The notes under the pieces: model-generated
The model's input: the letters and a program-made list of their open reading frames with translations, nothing else
Databases searched by the model: none
Told to the model about the DNA's origin: nothing
In this document: in pieces, positions 1 through 12,899 of the stretch
Layout of the letters: each line of letters opens with the position of its first letter
How positions within the stretch are numbered: the first letter of the stretch is position 1
Position numbers and translations under genes: made by a program
Source: Schmidtea nova
Taxonomy: Eukaryota
NCBI GenBank assembly: GCA_044892505.1
Contig: CM097882.1
Span: 345,970,037 to 346,024,000, forward strand
Direction: 5' to 3'
Length of the DNA: 53,964 nt

Positions 1-83
1 ATATCATAATAAAAATAATAATAAAAAATAATAATCATAATCATAATTATCATAATTATCATAATAATCATAATCATAATCAT
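1..83. repeat. (ATAATC/ATA)n low-complexity repeat
   Basis: Direct reading. Confidence 0.85.
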
Positions 84-84
84 A

Positions 85-1314
85 ACGCTCTATATAAGCA
101 ACTTCTCTATAAGCAACATTCTATATAAGCAACCTCTATATAAGCAACTTTTTTATGTTCAATCGCTCTGTATAAGCAACTTATTTTTTTGAATATAGAT
201 TGTTGACTTAAGTTTAGACCTTTTAGGAATAAACTCATCTGACAACGGCTAATAAATTTAAAATCGTAAAAAATTTGTTATTTTAATATGTTTGTGTTTT
301 ATGCTGCCGGTATTGAAGAATAGTTATATAAAATCTGTTAACTCATTAATTAATAAATTAATATTTTAATATATTTGTATTTTAAATTTAACCAAAAAAT
401 GAATCAGAAAGAAAAAAGACATTCTATTTCACTAAAGGAAAAACTGTCAATTTTAAAGGAAATTGAAAATGGTAAAAGAACAAAGGAAATTTGTATTGAA
501 TATAAAGTTGCTAAGTCTAAAATAATCAGACTAAAGGAAAATAAAGAAATTCTAGAAGAATATGCATCCAAAACCTATGTAAATCAGGATAAGATAAAGC
601 GAATGAAGACAATAAAGTATAGTAAAATCGACAATGCGGTGTTTTCTTGGTTCTTGGAGCGGCGACAGCTAAACGATTTGGTTCCAAATGAAATTATAAA
701 ATTAAAGGCACTTGAAGTAAATAGATTGAGTAATGGTCCCCAAACATTTGTAGCAAGTGATGGATGGTTAATGAAATTATGGATTGGACAAGTGGAACAA
801 GCGAGACATATCATTTATTTGACCTTGAAGAAAATATAGGGCTAGAAAATGAAATTTCTCCTGCCGAAGAAGGCGAAAAAAACTCGGAAGACACTAATAA
901 ATACACTGATGATGTTATAAATTCTTTTAATTTGGTGGTAGAATGGACAAAAGAAAATGATTTACCTTGTAACGAGATTCTGTTGCTGCAAAGATTGAGA
1001 GAAAAGGCTATTATTAAAAAATATATGTAATTATTTGTGTTTGTTTAGGCAATTAGTACCATATTTAACTAAATATTTATTAAAATTTGATTCTTTAATT
1101 TTTCAAAAACAGAATTAATAACTAAGTTTATAAAAATAAAAAATTGTTTTCATTTGTATAAGAAACTAAAAATATTTATTCTACACAGTTGAAGTATACA
1201 AATAAATAACTAAGAATATTTTCTAGGCGGTATATATTTTTATACTCCTTTTTTCCCTATAAGCAACTTTTCTATATAAGAAACTTTTTTTAAAATTGGT
1301 TCACATGAGTTGCT

Positions 1315-1320
<6 letters not shown>
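85..1320 (+). mobile_element. pogo/Tigger (Jerky/CENP-B-like) element with internal deletion
   Basis: ORF 375-839 has a CENP-B N-terminal HTH and a Tc5-type HTH (FVASDGWL). It joins out of frame to a Tigger-like C-terminal tail (764-1030), and the DDE domain is absent. The motif ctctatataagcaac repeats at both ends and is inverted at 1309-1320. Confidence 0.85.
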
Positions 1321-1345
<25 letters not shown>

Positions 1346-1384
1346 AATAATAATAATAATAATAATAAAATAATAATAATAATA
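1321..1384. repeat. (TAA)n microsatellite
   Basis: Direct reading. Confidence 0.9.
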
Positions 1385-1479
1385 AAAGTAAAAATAATGA
1401 TTATCCTGTTGTTTATTGCTTAAATTGATTTAAAAAGATTTTAAAATTGAAATTGTTCATTTTTTGATAAGGTCGAGAT

Positions 1480-2040
1480 AACCGGAAAGTACCGAAATTT
1501 TATGTCTGGGTCTAACTTAGTTAATTTCAGTCTTAGGTCCCCTCTATTTAATGAGTAAATTGCTAATGGCGTTTAAACCACGTGCTACCAAATAATATGA
1601 TGGAAAGGGTAATTATAAATTTCTGGCATGCAAAGTAATATTAGGATATTTTGTTAGTTTCTTCGCAGATCAATGCCATTATTCCTTTTATATTAAATAA
1701 ATTTGTAATCGAATCATCATTTTGCATTTTCGAAAGTTCTTCTTGATACAGTAGTTTCATCATTCTTAACCGTTAAGAGTATGTGTTTTGCGTTAGAGAG
1801 CAGGCCATGGTTACACGTGTAGCCAAATGAAGTAGCTGTCAAACTTCGATAATCAGTATTGCCAGTATGTAAAAATGACAGTTGATGAAATTGCTGTATG
1901 CACGTGGGTATATTTAGTCATGAATGAGCTTATTATATTATAAATTCATATGTGGAAGAGTTGATAATGGCCAACGTGTCCAATCTATGAAGCGTGGTGC
2001 CCCACCTCTGAGGCATGATGTCCCACCGTGGGAAACACTG
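1480..2040 (-). mobile_element. hAT (Buster/Charlie) deletion remnant
   Basis: Minus-strand terminus CAGTGTTTCCCACGG at 2040. Decayed KYPNITL...LPFPSSY..ARG and RGDLRLKLTKLDPDIK resemble the Buster C-terminal dimerisation region. Confidence 0.7.
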
Positions 2041-2138
2041 AGTTAATGACAAAGACACTAAAATAAATTATAATAGCTAAGTGTATTTAAACAAAATATT
2101 CAAATAGAAAAAAAATTCTAATAAATTAAAATTATATA

Positions 2139-2698
2139 CACTCAATTCCGTTTTTATGCGATTTTATTTTATGCGGTTTTAAAGTTTTGCGGTTTTTTAT
2201 ACAAACAAATTTTTTATACGATTTAGAAATTATGCGACTTGTTCCTTCTTTTTTGTGCTCGTGATAATTCTTTTCTCGCCTACTTCTTCTTCACTCATTG
2301 AATAGTAAAAAAATAATTTTACACACTGCTCATTATTATTGTGTCTGGTGTGGATTTAAGTCGATATCAGTGAAATTTGTTGTAAACTGTTTCATGGTGT
2401 AATTTTAATTTGAGTTGTTTTGTTTTTATTAGATAAATGAAAAAATTTTAAAAATTATTTTTTTATAAATTTAAATTAAATTAAATTTTTTTAAAATTAT
2501 AATTATTGAACTTATCCCTATTTATTCAATGTAGTTAGTGTCTTTTTATGCGATTTTTTGGTTATTTATATAGTTTTATGCGGTTTTCGAAAATAATAAA
2601 CTTATCCCTATTTATTCAATGTAGGTAGTGTCTTTTTTATGCGATTTTTATGCTTTTTTCTGAGGAACGTATCTATCGCATAAAAACAGAATTAAGTG
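2139..2698. mobile_element. Tigger/pogo-type MITE
   Basis: TIR CACTCAATTCCGTTTTTATGCGAT and ATCGCATAAAAACAGAATTAAGTG (2 mismatches), TA on both flanks. Internal direct repeat of about 50 bp at ~2510 and ~2600. Confidence 0.85.
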
Positions 2699-3493
2699 TA
2701 TTTGTATTATTTTTTTAATTTTAATTGCTTATTTTTATGTTTCATATAGTAATTGTTTTATTGCCATTACATTTAAACTGAATTTTTATTTGTAGATTCG
2801 TTTATATTTTTTATTAAGCTATTTCTTATTGAATATAACCTTTTCAAGGATGGTAAATGTATCATTCCAGGTTGCACTTGATCTTAGCTTCTAATTATCG
2901 ATTTTTTGTGATTTAGATTATTAATAATATTTATAAACAATTATTAATTGTTTTTATAATAATAAATAAGCATAAATATTACAGTTTTTATTCGATGATA
3001 AAAAACTAATAAATTAAAAGAATCACAAATTTAATGTTCTTTTTTGTCATCGAACAAAAAAATATAAAACTATTCTTCTATCAGAAGTATAGGGAAGGGA
3101 TGCCGCTGAATTAACATTTACTATTTATTAAAAGACAGTAGCTAATACATATTTTTTATTTTAAATTACTTATTTTTATAATTTATTTATTTTATTCATT
3201 TATTATTTAATTATTTTTATTCACTAAATTTTATTTTTAATAAATTTTTTTTATTATTTATTTATTGTTTTTATTTATATTTTTATTAAATATTTAATCA
3301 ACTTTAACAATAGTTCATACATTATCTTATTAAAATTTGGAAAATTTGGAACATTTTAATAAATAATAAAAATGAAACAACAAAAAGAATATACAACTTT
3401 GGATAATTTTAAAATTTAAAATTAAAATACTTTTTTTTAATTAACAATACACATATTCAATAAAAACTTTAATTAAGTGTTATTTTACTACTA

Positions 3494-3759
3494 CACTTAA
3501 CCCTCGATTTACATGGTACTCGATTTGCACGGTTTTGGTTTACCACGATTGAAGAAATGCAGAAATGCATTAATATTACACTAGTTTTCAGTTTAACACG
3601 ATCACAAAAATAAAGAAATTTGTAATATGTATTCTTTTACTGTAGATTCAACACACATTTTTTTCAATAAAATATGTATTTAATTACTAATTGTACGGTT
3701 TCAATTTACACGATTTCGATTTACACAGCATTTTTGAGGAACAAATCGAGGGCTAAGTG
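3494..3759. mobile_element. Tigger/pogo-type MITE
   Basis: TIR CACTTAACCCTCGATTT and AAATCGAGGGCTAAGTG, TA on the left flank, repeated internal cgatttacac motifs. Confidence 0.8.
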
Positions 3760-5128
3760 TTCTAAAATCATGTGTCTGTCATATTCATTTTACATATTAT
3801 TACAAAATTTTCGATATATTTAACAATGAGGATATTTCATATTAGACGTGGAAGGAGGACATTAGAATTTTTAATAGAACTGAAATCTCATCTTATCTAT
3901 ATTATATAACGTTACAAGTGAAAGTTCAACATAAATTGCTATTAATAGTATACTAACAAACAGTTTCGTGAGTTGCTAGAAAGAATATTTTTGGTAATGA
4001 TAGTAACTGAATTCTTTTCGAAGATATTCATGAATCTTACAACACTGTAACCACTGTTTTTTGGCAGAAATTGTGTTGGTATTATATGAAATGTAATTTA
4101 ACGTGCCACAAAGTTCTTGATATTAAACGATTCCGCATTTGTATTGTGTTCATTTATCACTGAACCAATACCAGCAATCAAAGCCGCCGTAACTGATTAT
4201 GTTTTTTGTGAATGGTACGCCTGTGGGATGAGAGAGGGGAGACCAATGTATATAACCGTTATGTATTTATAGGTTACTTTCGTGGACTAATTTATTGTTT
4301 TGTTAACAATTTTTGGATTGATTTGGTTTTCGACAAACACTGACATAAGATTCATTTTTCTTCTGTTAGTTCCACGGAAGTTGTCTTGGAAGTGAAACCA
4401 ATGTGTTCTACAGTTTTTAAAAAATCGTTATCCTCTAGTGTAAACTACCATATCGAGAAGGCGGAAAATTTTCCCTTGCACACTGACGGTCATTTGGGAT
4501 AAAGCGGTCATAATAGCAATACCGAAAAATTATAAATTATTTCAAGTCGCATTGACATTTCAATGGAAACATGTAAACCATCTTTTTGTTTTCTCAAAAG
4601 ATCTTGAAACTTCGATAACCAATGCTAGGTAAGCTGAAGTCAGGCATAGTATTAATTTTCTATGAAAACGAAATATCGAGACACATTCAACAGCATGAAT
4701 ACCCTTTAAAATCAGCTAATTGGCCAATTTTATTTGATTCAGTCATGTTAATTTGACTTTGAGACTCTTGATAATAAGCTGGAAAAACAATTTCACTATT
4801 AAAAATTTGAATTATCTAATAATTATTTTAAATTTAACCCTTTATTGCCTGACAACTTACAACAACGTGTCAGTAGGCACTCGAAATTATTTATGTACCT
4901 ATCCAGTTTTGCCAATCTCAAATGGAATGATTTTTTTTTCAACTCAGTATAAAGTTTAACAATATTTAAATGCGATTTGTAGCGCCTTAGTGTACAATTT
5001 AACGAGTAAATAAACATACTGGCGCGTATAAATACTGCCAGACCACAAAAAAGTTATTCATCATTAAATAAAATAAAATTACTTTCTTTCAAATTTAAGT
5101 GAATATTTTTGAAAAATTTACGTTTTAG

Positions 5129-5273
5129 AATCCTAATATTGTATTTTTTCATTACATCAATGTTCCATCGTTGACGAGGGATTATAAATTATGCATTTCA
5201 AGATCTACTTTGTCTGAGGCTGATCTGGTGGGAATAAACGAAATTATTCTCTTTGAACAATTAACTGTTATGT
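5129..5273 (+). CDS. CAMTA: CAMTA exon: C-terminal part of CG-1 DNA-binding domain
   Basis: ttttag|AAT...ATG T|gtaagt. NPNIVFFHYINVP resembles CAMTA NPDIVLVHYLNVP, and EQLTVM(F) resembles GQLKPMF. Phase 0 to 1. Confidence 0.88.
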
Positions 5274-5318
5274 GTAAGTAACCCAACTGAATTTGGACAT
5301 TTTCAATAATTTATTTAG

Positions 5319-5377
5319 TCGACAATTTTCCTGCACAAATCAAAAAAGTCGACGGAGATGAGTTTGTTAATCTTGAT
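5319..5377 (+). CDS. CAMTA: CAMTA short exon after CG-1
   Basis: Follows a 45-nt intron. tttag|TC...GAT|gttagt, open frame (F)DNFPAQIKKVDGDEFVNLD, completing the MF motif. Phase 1 to 0. Confidence 0.7.
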
Positions 5378-6454
5378 GTTAGTTGGAAATTTTATTAATT
5401 ATTAATGAATTTGTTATTACTTTATTCTTTATTATTCTTTCACTTATAAAGTTTTTGTTTTTGTAAATTCATTTCTATATGAATTAATTGGTAAAAAATT
5501 GGTATAAATTATAAATTATTTTAGAAGTTAAACTCCTTTGGCTTTTTGTTTTAGTGTAATATTAAAATAACACAATTATTATTGAATTGCTTATTTAAAA
5601 AATGCTTATCACTTTATAAAATAATAAAATTAATAGCTATGTAGGCGTAGTTATAAATATTTGAATGCTTGTGGTATGATGAAATTGGATGATGATATTG
5701 CTCAAGATATTATGTGTATTTAATTAAAATTCTCCAAAGATATTAAGAAGAACACGTGCAAAGAGTAAAAAATGTATTGGAAAGAATCAAATAATCTAAA
5801 TTAAGGCTAAGCAGAGAAAAATGTCATTTTCTAAAAGTGTAATTTAATTTTCAGGTCTCATTATAAATGCAGAAGGGAAAGACAAAAGACAGTAAAATTT
5901 GAACGACCAAAGTGTTAACTCACCAAACTCTATGTAATACAGGTTTGAAGAAAGTTCAGGATTATATTTCACAAAAGTTTTATTTTGAAAATAAACGAGA
6001 ACAGATAGAACATATAGTTCAATGTTGTGAGGAATTCCAAAAGCTTAAGATATTGACAATACGGAAGATAGAAAATATTGTTAAACATAAAAATTTCAAT
6101 TTATTCGAGACTATTTTTATTAATTTTTGTGGATCTTTGAAAACCACAATTCGTGGAAAAAGATATATTGACAATAATGGATAAATTTAGTAAATATTTT
6201 TCTAATAAAGGAGTAAAAGTATTCTAATGTGTATTACCATTCTGTTAATGGAATGATCCAAAGGCAATATAGAACTATATAAGATGCAATTCAAATTTCC
6301 TTAAAAGATAAGATTGTTGAGGTTCGTTTAAAGTGGTGCAACTTGAGACGAGTATGCACGGGAATTGGGGACAAATCAATAAAAAGGCTGAAAAGTGTTA
6401 AATTCATAATTGATAAATAAGTACAAAAATTTATTAAAAATTAAGAAAGCTTAA

Positions 6455-6693
6455 CCCTTTCTAAGGTGGTGGCAATATACTGTACACCATTTTAAACTAA
6501 TAAAAATATCTAAGTGTAACGCTGTCGGTAATCATTTTTACTTTTGGTACAACTACTGACATATATTGAGCCACAAGAGAACAAATTTATAGTTTTTTCT
6601 GTTTTTATTTTTTTATGATCATTTGTAACTATAATTATTATTAATAAACTTTGAGTTTTACCTCACTTTTAGTTTCTTTTGCCTTAGAAAGGG
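6455..6693. mobile_element. piggyBac-type MITE
   Basis: TTAA|CCCTTTCTAAGG...CCTTAGAAAGGG|TTAA, a perfect 12-bp TIR with TTAA on both flanks. Confidence 0.88.
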
Positions 6694-6827
6694 TTAACAT
6701 ATTTTGGGGGAAATTGGTATGTGCGGACGGCAAAGGGAGAAGCGAGTACGAATATGGGGCGCCCCTAGAAAAAAAGATATTTAATAAATAAAAATTAATT
6801 AAAAATTTATGAAAAATTTATTAGTTT

Positions 6828-7350
6828 TGTAGAAAACCCGAGTCAATGGGAAACTCGAATACATGGGAAACCCGGACTAACAGAAAGCAGATTCCAAATT
6901 AAATTACCAGGATCGCAAACCGAAATAAATTAAATTAGTAGGGACACCAGCCATTTCGTATCTCCTAAAATTAAATTAGAATCCAGAGATGAAAGATAAT
7001 ATGATTATTTTTCCATTTCGCGGAAATATAATTATATTGTTGTAAGGAAAAACTATAAAAGAAACAGAAAACAACAGAAAATCGCCATTCTGGTCGAAGA
7101 GACAACTTATTGGGAGCATATTTGGTAATTAAGGCGAAGAGAGTGATTGTGCGGAATCCAACATTAGCGAATCAAGAAGGGTACCAAAAAAGGCAATCTA
7201 CCTTATCGCTTGAACAGAAGAGAGTACTGAGTGTTTGTGCAGCAAATTGTATTGATTTATTTATCATTGTGCAAATTAGTGGAATTTAATAAAATGCATT
7301 GTGTTTGGTGTTGCTGATTTCTCAATTTTAGGAGCACGAGGAGGAGCACA
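6828..7350 (+). mobile_element. Possible solo LTR nested in the integrase remnant
   Basis: TGT...CA ends, AATAAA at ~7289 followed by a GT-rich tract, splits the integrase remnant. No target duplication seen. Confidence 0.3.
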
Positions 7351-8141
7351 ATAATAAACCGACTCAAATCAAGCAATCAAACAAAATGTATAAAAATTGG
7401 ACAGAATTACTACCAGAAGTAGAATTTATGCTTAACGCAATTATTCAAAGTACAATTGAATTCAGTTCTTGTGTATGACAGAAAACTACACAAAGAATGG
7501 CAATCAAATAATAACAAAGATTTGAGCATGAAAGAACATGTTGTACAGATAAATAAAGAAAGAACGATTTCGAGTGCAAATTATAAAAAGAAAAAAACGC
7601 AACGTATAACAATGAATTACGTACTTATCGGGAATTTTGTTGGAGATAAGGTTTCAATTAAAGAGGAATTAATAACAAAGGATGATAATGTATATGAGGG
7701 TCCGGGAGAAATAATAGAGAAACGACATAATCAATGCTACGTAATCACAATGCCTACAGAAAAGTAAAAATTAGAGTAGTAGATTGGCTAAAAGAATTTA
7801 AAAACTAAGAAGATTTTATAAAAGGCGTATTTATAAATATTTGAATGTTTGCCGTATGATGAAATTCGATGATGATATTGCTCAAGATATTTAAAATTCT
7901 CCATAGATTGTATAAAGAAATTAATTTGTTTTATTAATACAAATTTTTATGATCAACGTGTTAATTAAATTATTAAAATTAACAAAATAAAATCTGCTAG
8001 TAACACTGCATTATAATATTAATTAAATTAGATTAGATTTAATAATATTAAATACTAGGGGACAAGCCGGTTATAAATTATGAGTGAAGTGATTGACCAG
8101 AAACTTTAAAATAATTATTTAAAATCGCGAATATTTAATAT

Positions 8142-8758
8142 CATCCTGCTGAAAATATGGGTTAAACAAATAAAAATGTTGATATATTAGCTATAACCTG
8201 TCAAAATGATACTTAAAATAATATACAATTCTCTGATGCATTTAAGATCAATTTTTCTTCTTTTATTGTTCTAATTCATACTGAATAACTCTTAATACCG
8301 GACACAGAGTCCGTAATAATTTTTTTTTACTTCGAGCGATTGAGCACCATCTCCCAGTGTTACAGATATAGAGTGAATACAGTATGAGATTGTCAAATTG
8401 AACAATTGCGAAAAAAAATCTGTATATAATCACACAGAATTACAGACTCACTCACATAACTTTATCACAGATATATTATTGTACATTTAATATTGTAATA
8501 AATAATATTGAATTAAAATATTCAATCTATGTCTGTAACACTGGGAGATGGTGCTCCGATCGCTCGAAGTAAAAAAAACACTCTCCTTATGGACTCTGTG
8601 TCCGGTATTAAGAGTTATTCAATATTAATTAGAACAATAAAAGAAGAAAAATTGATCTTAAATGCACCAAAGAATTATGTATTTTGAGTATTATTCTGAC
8701 ATGTTATAGCTAATTTATTAATATTTTTATTTGTTTAACCCGTATTTTTAGCAGGGTG
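8142..8758. mobile_element. Long-TIR non-autonomous DNA element, possibly Chapaev/CMC type
   Basis: Imperfect inverted arms of about 230 bp (8135-8372 and 8526-8765). Termini CA(T/C)CCTGC and GCAGGGTG with ATAT on both flanks. Confidence 0.75.
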
Positions 8759-10110
8759 ATATTAATAAGGCTCAAGATTTAGAGGGCCACAACTGTTCTC
8801 ATCGTATTGATATGGCGTCGACGCATAACATTTTTATTTTCAGTCATATAAAATACTATAGTTTGCGTTTATATTATGAGGATGTTTCGTAGAAATGAGA
8901 AAATTTATAATTTCAGCGTTTCCCTATATTGATATGCCCAGCATTATTGAAAAATTAGCAGTTGTGAAAACTGTATTAAATTTTAATATTATCTCATCAA
9001 AGACTTCCGTGTGTTCAATATCTATTTTTGGTTTCTATTAAGGTCAAGGGCTTAATGATAAGTCCAACAATGAGGGGAGACTTTGAGATTTTGGGATTTC
9101 ACCTGTGACACAACAGGCATCCATAAAGATCCTATATATTATTTGTTGTAGAGTGCCCAAAATTTTCAGGTACGACAATGATTTTAAGACTAGATTTCTT
9201 TGAAAATGGTTTTTCTAAAATTTTGTATTAAATAAATAACAATATTGTCATGTAGTCTGAAATGAGCACAAAGGAAATTAATAATTAATCTAATAGATTA
9301 TTGGTGAAAAGGTCAAATGAATTTTTACTGATAAAATCAAATCCTCATATTGCTCTTGACTGGAAAAAACGCTGATTAATTTTTCGTAAGTTTCATTTGA
9401 CCGGCTAATTTTAAATTTACTTTCGTATTAAGTGCTATTGGGAGATATTTTATCCGATCGAGTTCTCGAGGCTATTAATCATGCCAAATAAATATTTGCG
9501 GTTCCCGTGTTTAAATGTTTAAAAAGAATATAAAATAATGATAATATTATTTTGAAAAAATGATTCAGAAAATTCACAAATAAAATATTTTGTTGATTTA
9601 TTTTCAATGAAAAATTAATTTCAATATATAAATGTGACGATTTTACAGAAAATTATAAATTGCTTCTAACAATTGTTATTTTATGCATGTTTGATTTTCA
9701 GAATATTTTATTAGGAAAATTTTCAACAGCCACTAAGCAACATATCGAAGTTAAATTGTTGTTTTATTATGTTTTTTAAAATTTGCATGTATTTTCAATG
9801 AAATGGGTTTTCGTAGAAAAATATTTAGAGAAAATTTTACATGCATTTTTATTATGTTATTATTACGTTACTATAATGTTCTCAAAATCACGGAGTATAT
9901 ATTCTTTCAAATGTTTGTATGTATATGCGTTTTAAGGGCAATCGTATCTCATTTTCTTGGCATTATAGACAGTAGTTGTGTCCAAAATTAACATGGAACT
10001 TTATATACTTTACTATCTAGCGTATATTTTTATGATAAAATATTTGGAGGTAAAAATCTTTTAAAACAACACATTCTGTATGTCGTCTTAATTTCTTTCA
10101 ACTTACTAGT

Positions 10111-11245
10111 TATTCGGTTGTTGCAAAATGAATACAGTTTAACTAATAATTTTGAAACTCTTTAACTTGCTTAATACTGAACTTTATTAATTAAAATAAG
10201 AACCATTAGATTCGATAAGTTTGTTTATTCAATTAACATAAAAATTTTGGCTTCGGGAAGCGTCACTCAGTAGGCATTTTCGGCAGCATACTGGTTTCTA
10301 AAGATTTTATCACTAAGAAAGTTGTCTAAATGTTTAAAAAAGTGATAGTCTGTTGGTGAGTGGTCAGGTGAATATAGTCGACGAGGCAGAGTTTCATAAC
10401 GTTAGTTGTGCGACGTGGCCGAGTGTTGTTATGCAAAAGATTTGGTCCATTTCTGTTTACCAAAATCAAATAAAAAAGTCTAAGTTTATGACGCATTTAA
10501 TCGATTTCAGGACAATGCTTAGCTGCTGTGAATTTTTCTTCAGGATTGAGAAAGCTATAGTAGATTATGTCGACATTAGACCACTAAATAGTTACCATGA
10601 CACTCCTTTGATGGAAATTCTGTTTTGGAAATGGTTTTAGTTCTTCTTCCTTTTTCTTCCATTAATCAGAACACATTCTGTTATCGAAAACAATCAATTT
10701 TTTTACCAAACATCACTATAAATTCAATACATGAGTTGGTATTGTTGGCAGATCTCGTGATTCCTTTGATTCCCACTGATCGAGCTTCTTAATCTTTCAG
10801 ATTTGTTTTGAATTGCGAACGATGGTGGAATGATCAGTGCAAAATTTTGCCGCTATTTCTCGCGTTGATTTGAATGGTTTAGCTTCGATTAATGCCTTCA
10901 ATTGGTCGTCAGAAACAATGGAGGGGTGGCGTGACCTTCCTTGTTTAAAGGTTGATTTCTCCATTTCTAACTTGGCTGATATTTTGAACAATTTGAGTTG
11001 CAATACACCCAAGTTGAAATTCGTAATAATAAATTTAAGGAAAATCCTTTTTTAACAAATTTTTATTAAATAAGTAAATGAGAAATTAACATTAATTAAA
11101 AACGATATATTTAATAAGAATGATGATAAAATAAGCTTTAAATCGATATGTAATTTTGGTTATTATCAATGGGATTTATCATAAAATTATTAATGTTACA
11201 CATACACATACACAAAAACTGCATTATTTTTACAATGACCAAATA
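10111..11245 (-). pseudogene. Degenerate mariner element
   Basis: TIR-like TATTCGGTTGTTGCAAAA at 10111 with a partner at 11214-11245. HTH ORF 10797-11012 (STREIA), and decayed FLNP and HNNTRP motifs with many stops. Confidence 0.8.
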
Positions 11246-12737
11246 ACTCTTGGAAACAAATATACAAAGTGATTGATGCAACTTTTGTAAAGGTTGGTCA
11301 TTTCTAATACGGTTTTCCTCAATTTTTATTTTTTGTCAGTATCTCACCAAACCTGAATTGGGCAAATTTTAAAATATCTGTTACTCAGATTCCTTTTAAA
11401 TTGAACACAATATTTGTTTAATTTTATCAGCTTTTAATTTATTGTCAAATATAGGCAGAGTAGTTATATGATCTCTGAATGTACTTTCTTATATAAAATG
11501 CAATTAAAATATGAAAAAAATAAGCAGAATTTAATTTATTGTATTGAATTAGTACCAGTTGTGTTTAATTACATTGATACTTACATACATCATACTTTAA
11601 ATTAAAAAAAATTTCCCTCAATAATTAGCATAATTTTTATATAATTTTCATTATAGATTCAGAGCATAATTCACGGCATTATTCAATCTATAATGTTACA
11701 AAAACAAAAGAGAACTATTTCTGAAATCTCAACGTCTAGCTGTTGTTTTGTTTTTACAAATTCAACCGATTCAAGATATTTACCGAAGACTTCTCATAGT
11801 CTCAGTAGTATCTGTAAAAGTTCTATAGCATCTGATTACAGTAATTATTTTTAACTTTTAAATTTTATAAATTTCTTACCATTTATTTTTATTTATATAC
11901 AAACATTTATATATTTAAAAACATTTATCCATGAAAAAATTATATTTAACGTGATAAATATAAACTTTTAATTGGAATTTTTGAACTGAACATATCATTA
12001 GAACCACATTCATAAAGTAAAAATGAAATTTTTAACAAAGGAAAAATTTAGTAGAAACAGAAAATGCTTTAAGACGTGAATTTTGGGCTCCGAATAAAAG
12101 ATATTAATTTTTTTTTAATTATAATAAGTAACAAGGCCTGTAAGTAACAAGGCAAATTGGAGGTCCAGGTCATGCAACATACGTGGCCCCCTATATAATG
12201 GGAAAAAATCAAAAATAGTTATTTTGCCAAAAAAATTTATTAAAGTAAAAAATATGATTCAAAATAAAAAAGTACAAAAATAAATTTAATTAATTTCGAG
12301 CGTTTAGAGGTGCAAACGAATTTATAAATTCAGAACATTAGTTTCAAATAGTGTTGTTTGTAGGCACCTGAATTTAGAGTCCCATGTCAAACGACTTTCC
12401 CGACCCCTTCTTTCTGGGCCTGATTAATAAAATCTTTTATCTTTTGCACTTTTAATCTGTTTTTTCCATTTTTAATTCATTTATCTTTCATTTGGTATTC
12501 GAATATAGATCAATGTTTATTCCTAATTTAAGCACTATCCTTTTTCAAATTTTATTTAAAAAAAATCAATGTTGAAAATTCGTGATGAATAAAAAGATAA
12601 TCTTTAGTTTAAGACTAAATCCAGATAAATGAAATTTTTCCACAGTTTTATATATACTATAAATATTTAATTAGTATAGTATTTATTGTAATATTGGACT
12701 CCACTAAATTATTTACAGTTCATTGTGAATTTTTCAG

Positions 12738-12808
12738 GTGCTCATCAGAGTTTTTGTTCACAATATACTCTTGGTGTGTTTCATTCTTGAAAGCAATTAC
12801 TCCTTAAT
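12738..12808 (+). CDS. Candidate CAMTA linker exon (tentative)
   Basis: ttttcag|GTG...AT|gtaagt, open only in phase 0 (VLIRVFVHNILLVCFILESNYSL). It ends in phase 2, so it does not join 14807 directly. Confidence 0.25.
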
Positions 12809-12899
12809 GTAAGTACTACAAAAATATAATGAAATGTGTGAGTAATTACGATAAAGTTATTGTCTATAAAGTGAATGACAAATTTAATATAAAATTTAA

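Larger units (their letters stand above)
5640..7917 (+). mobile_element. Decayed Ty3/Gypsy-type LTR element retaining integrase remnants
   Basis: Direct repeats of about 100 bp at 5640-5746 (starts TGT) and 7823-7917. Integrase pieces: HQTLC...CCE and FETIFINFCG (5912-6184), YHSVNGMIQRQYRTI (~6230-6290), WTELLPEVEFMLN (~7400-7440). Confidence 0.65.

Noticed and set aside
4480-4510. Minus-strand DRFIP resembling the CDC20/Cdh1 C-box
   Set aside because: Five residues in a short frame with no WD40 sequence, so likely chance.
8052-8075. Minus-strand ...CCGGCTTGTCCCCTAG|T as a Helitron 3' end (similar 13-mer at ~31035)
   Set aside because: No convincing subterminal hairpin, 5' TC end or Rep/helicase sequence.
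9420-9450. FRIKCYW resembling CG-1 FHRRCYW, and DWKKR at ~9358
   Set aside because: They lie downstream of the exon they should precede, have adjacent stops and lack splice support.
12133-12422. Possible hAT MITE (CAAGGCC...GGGCCTG)
   Set aside because: Termini are too degenerate and no target duplication is present.
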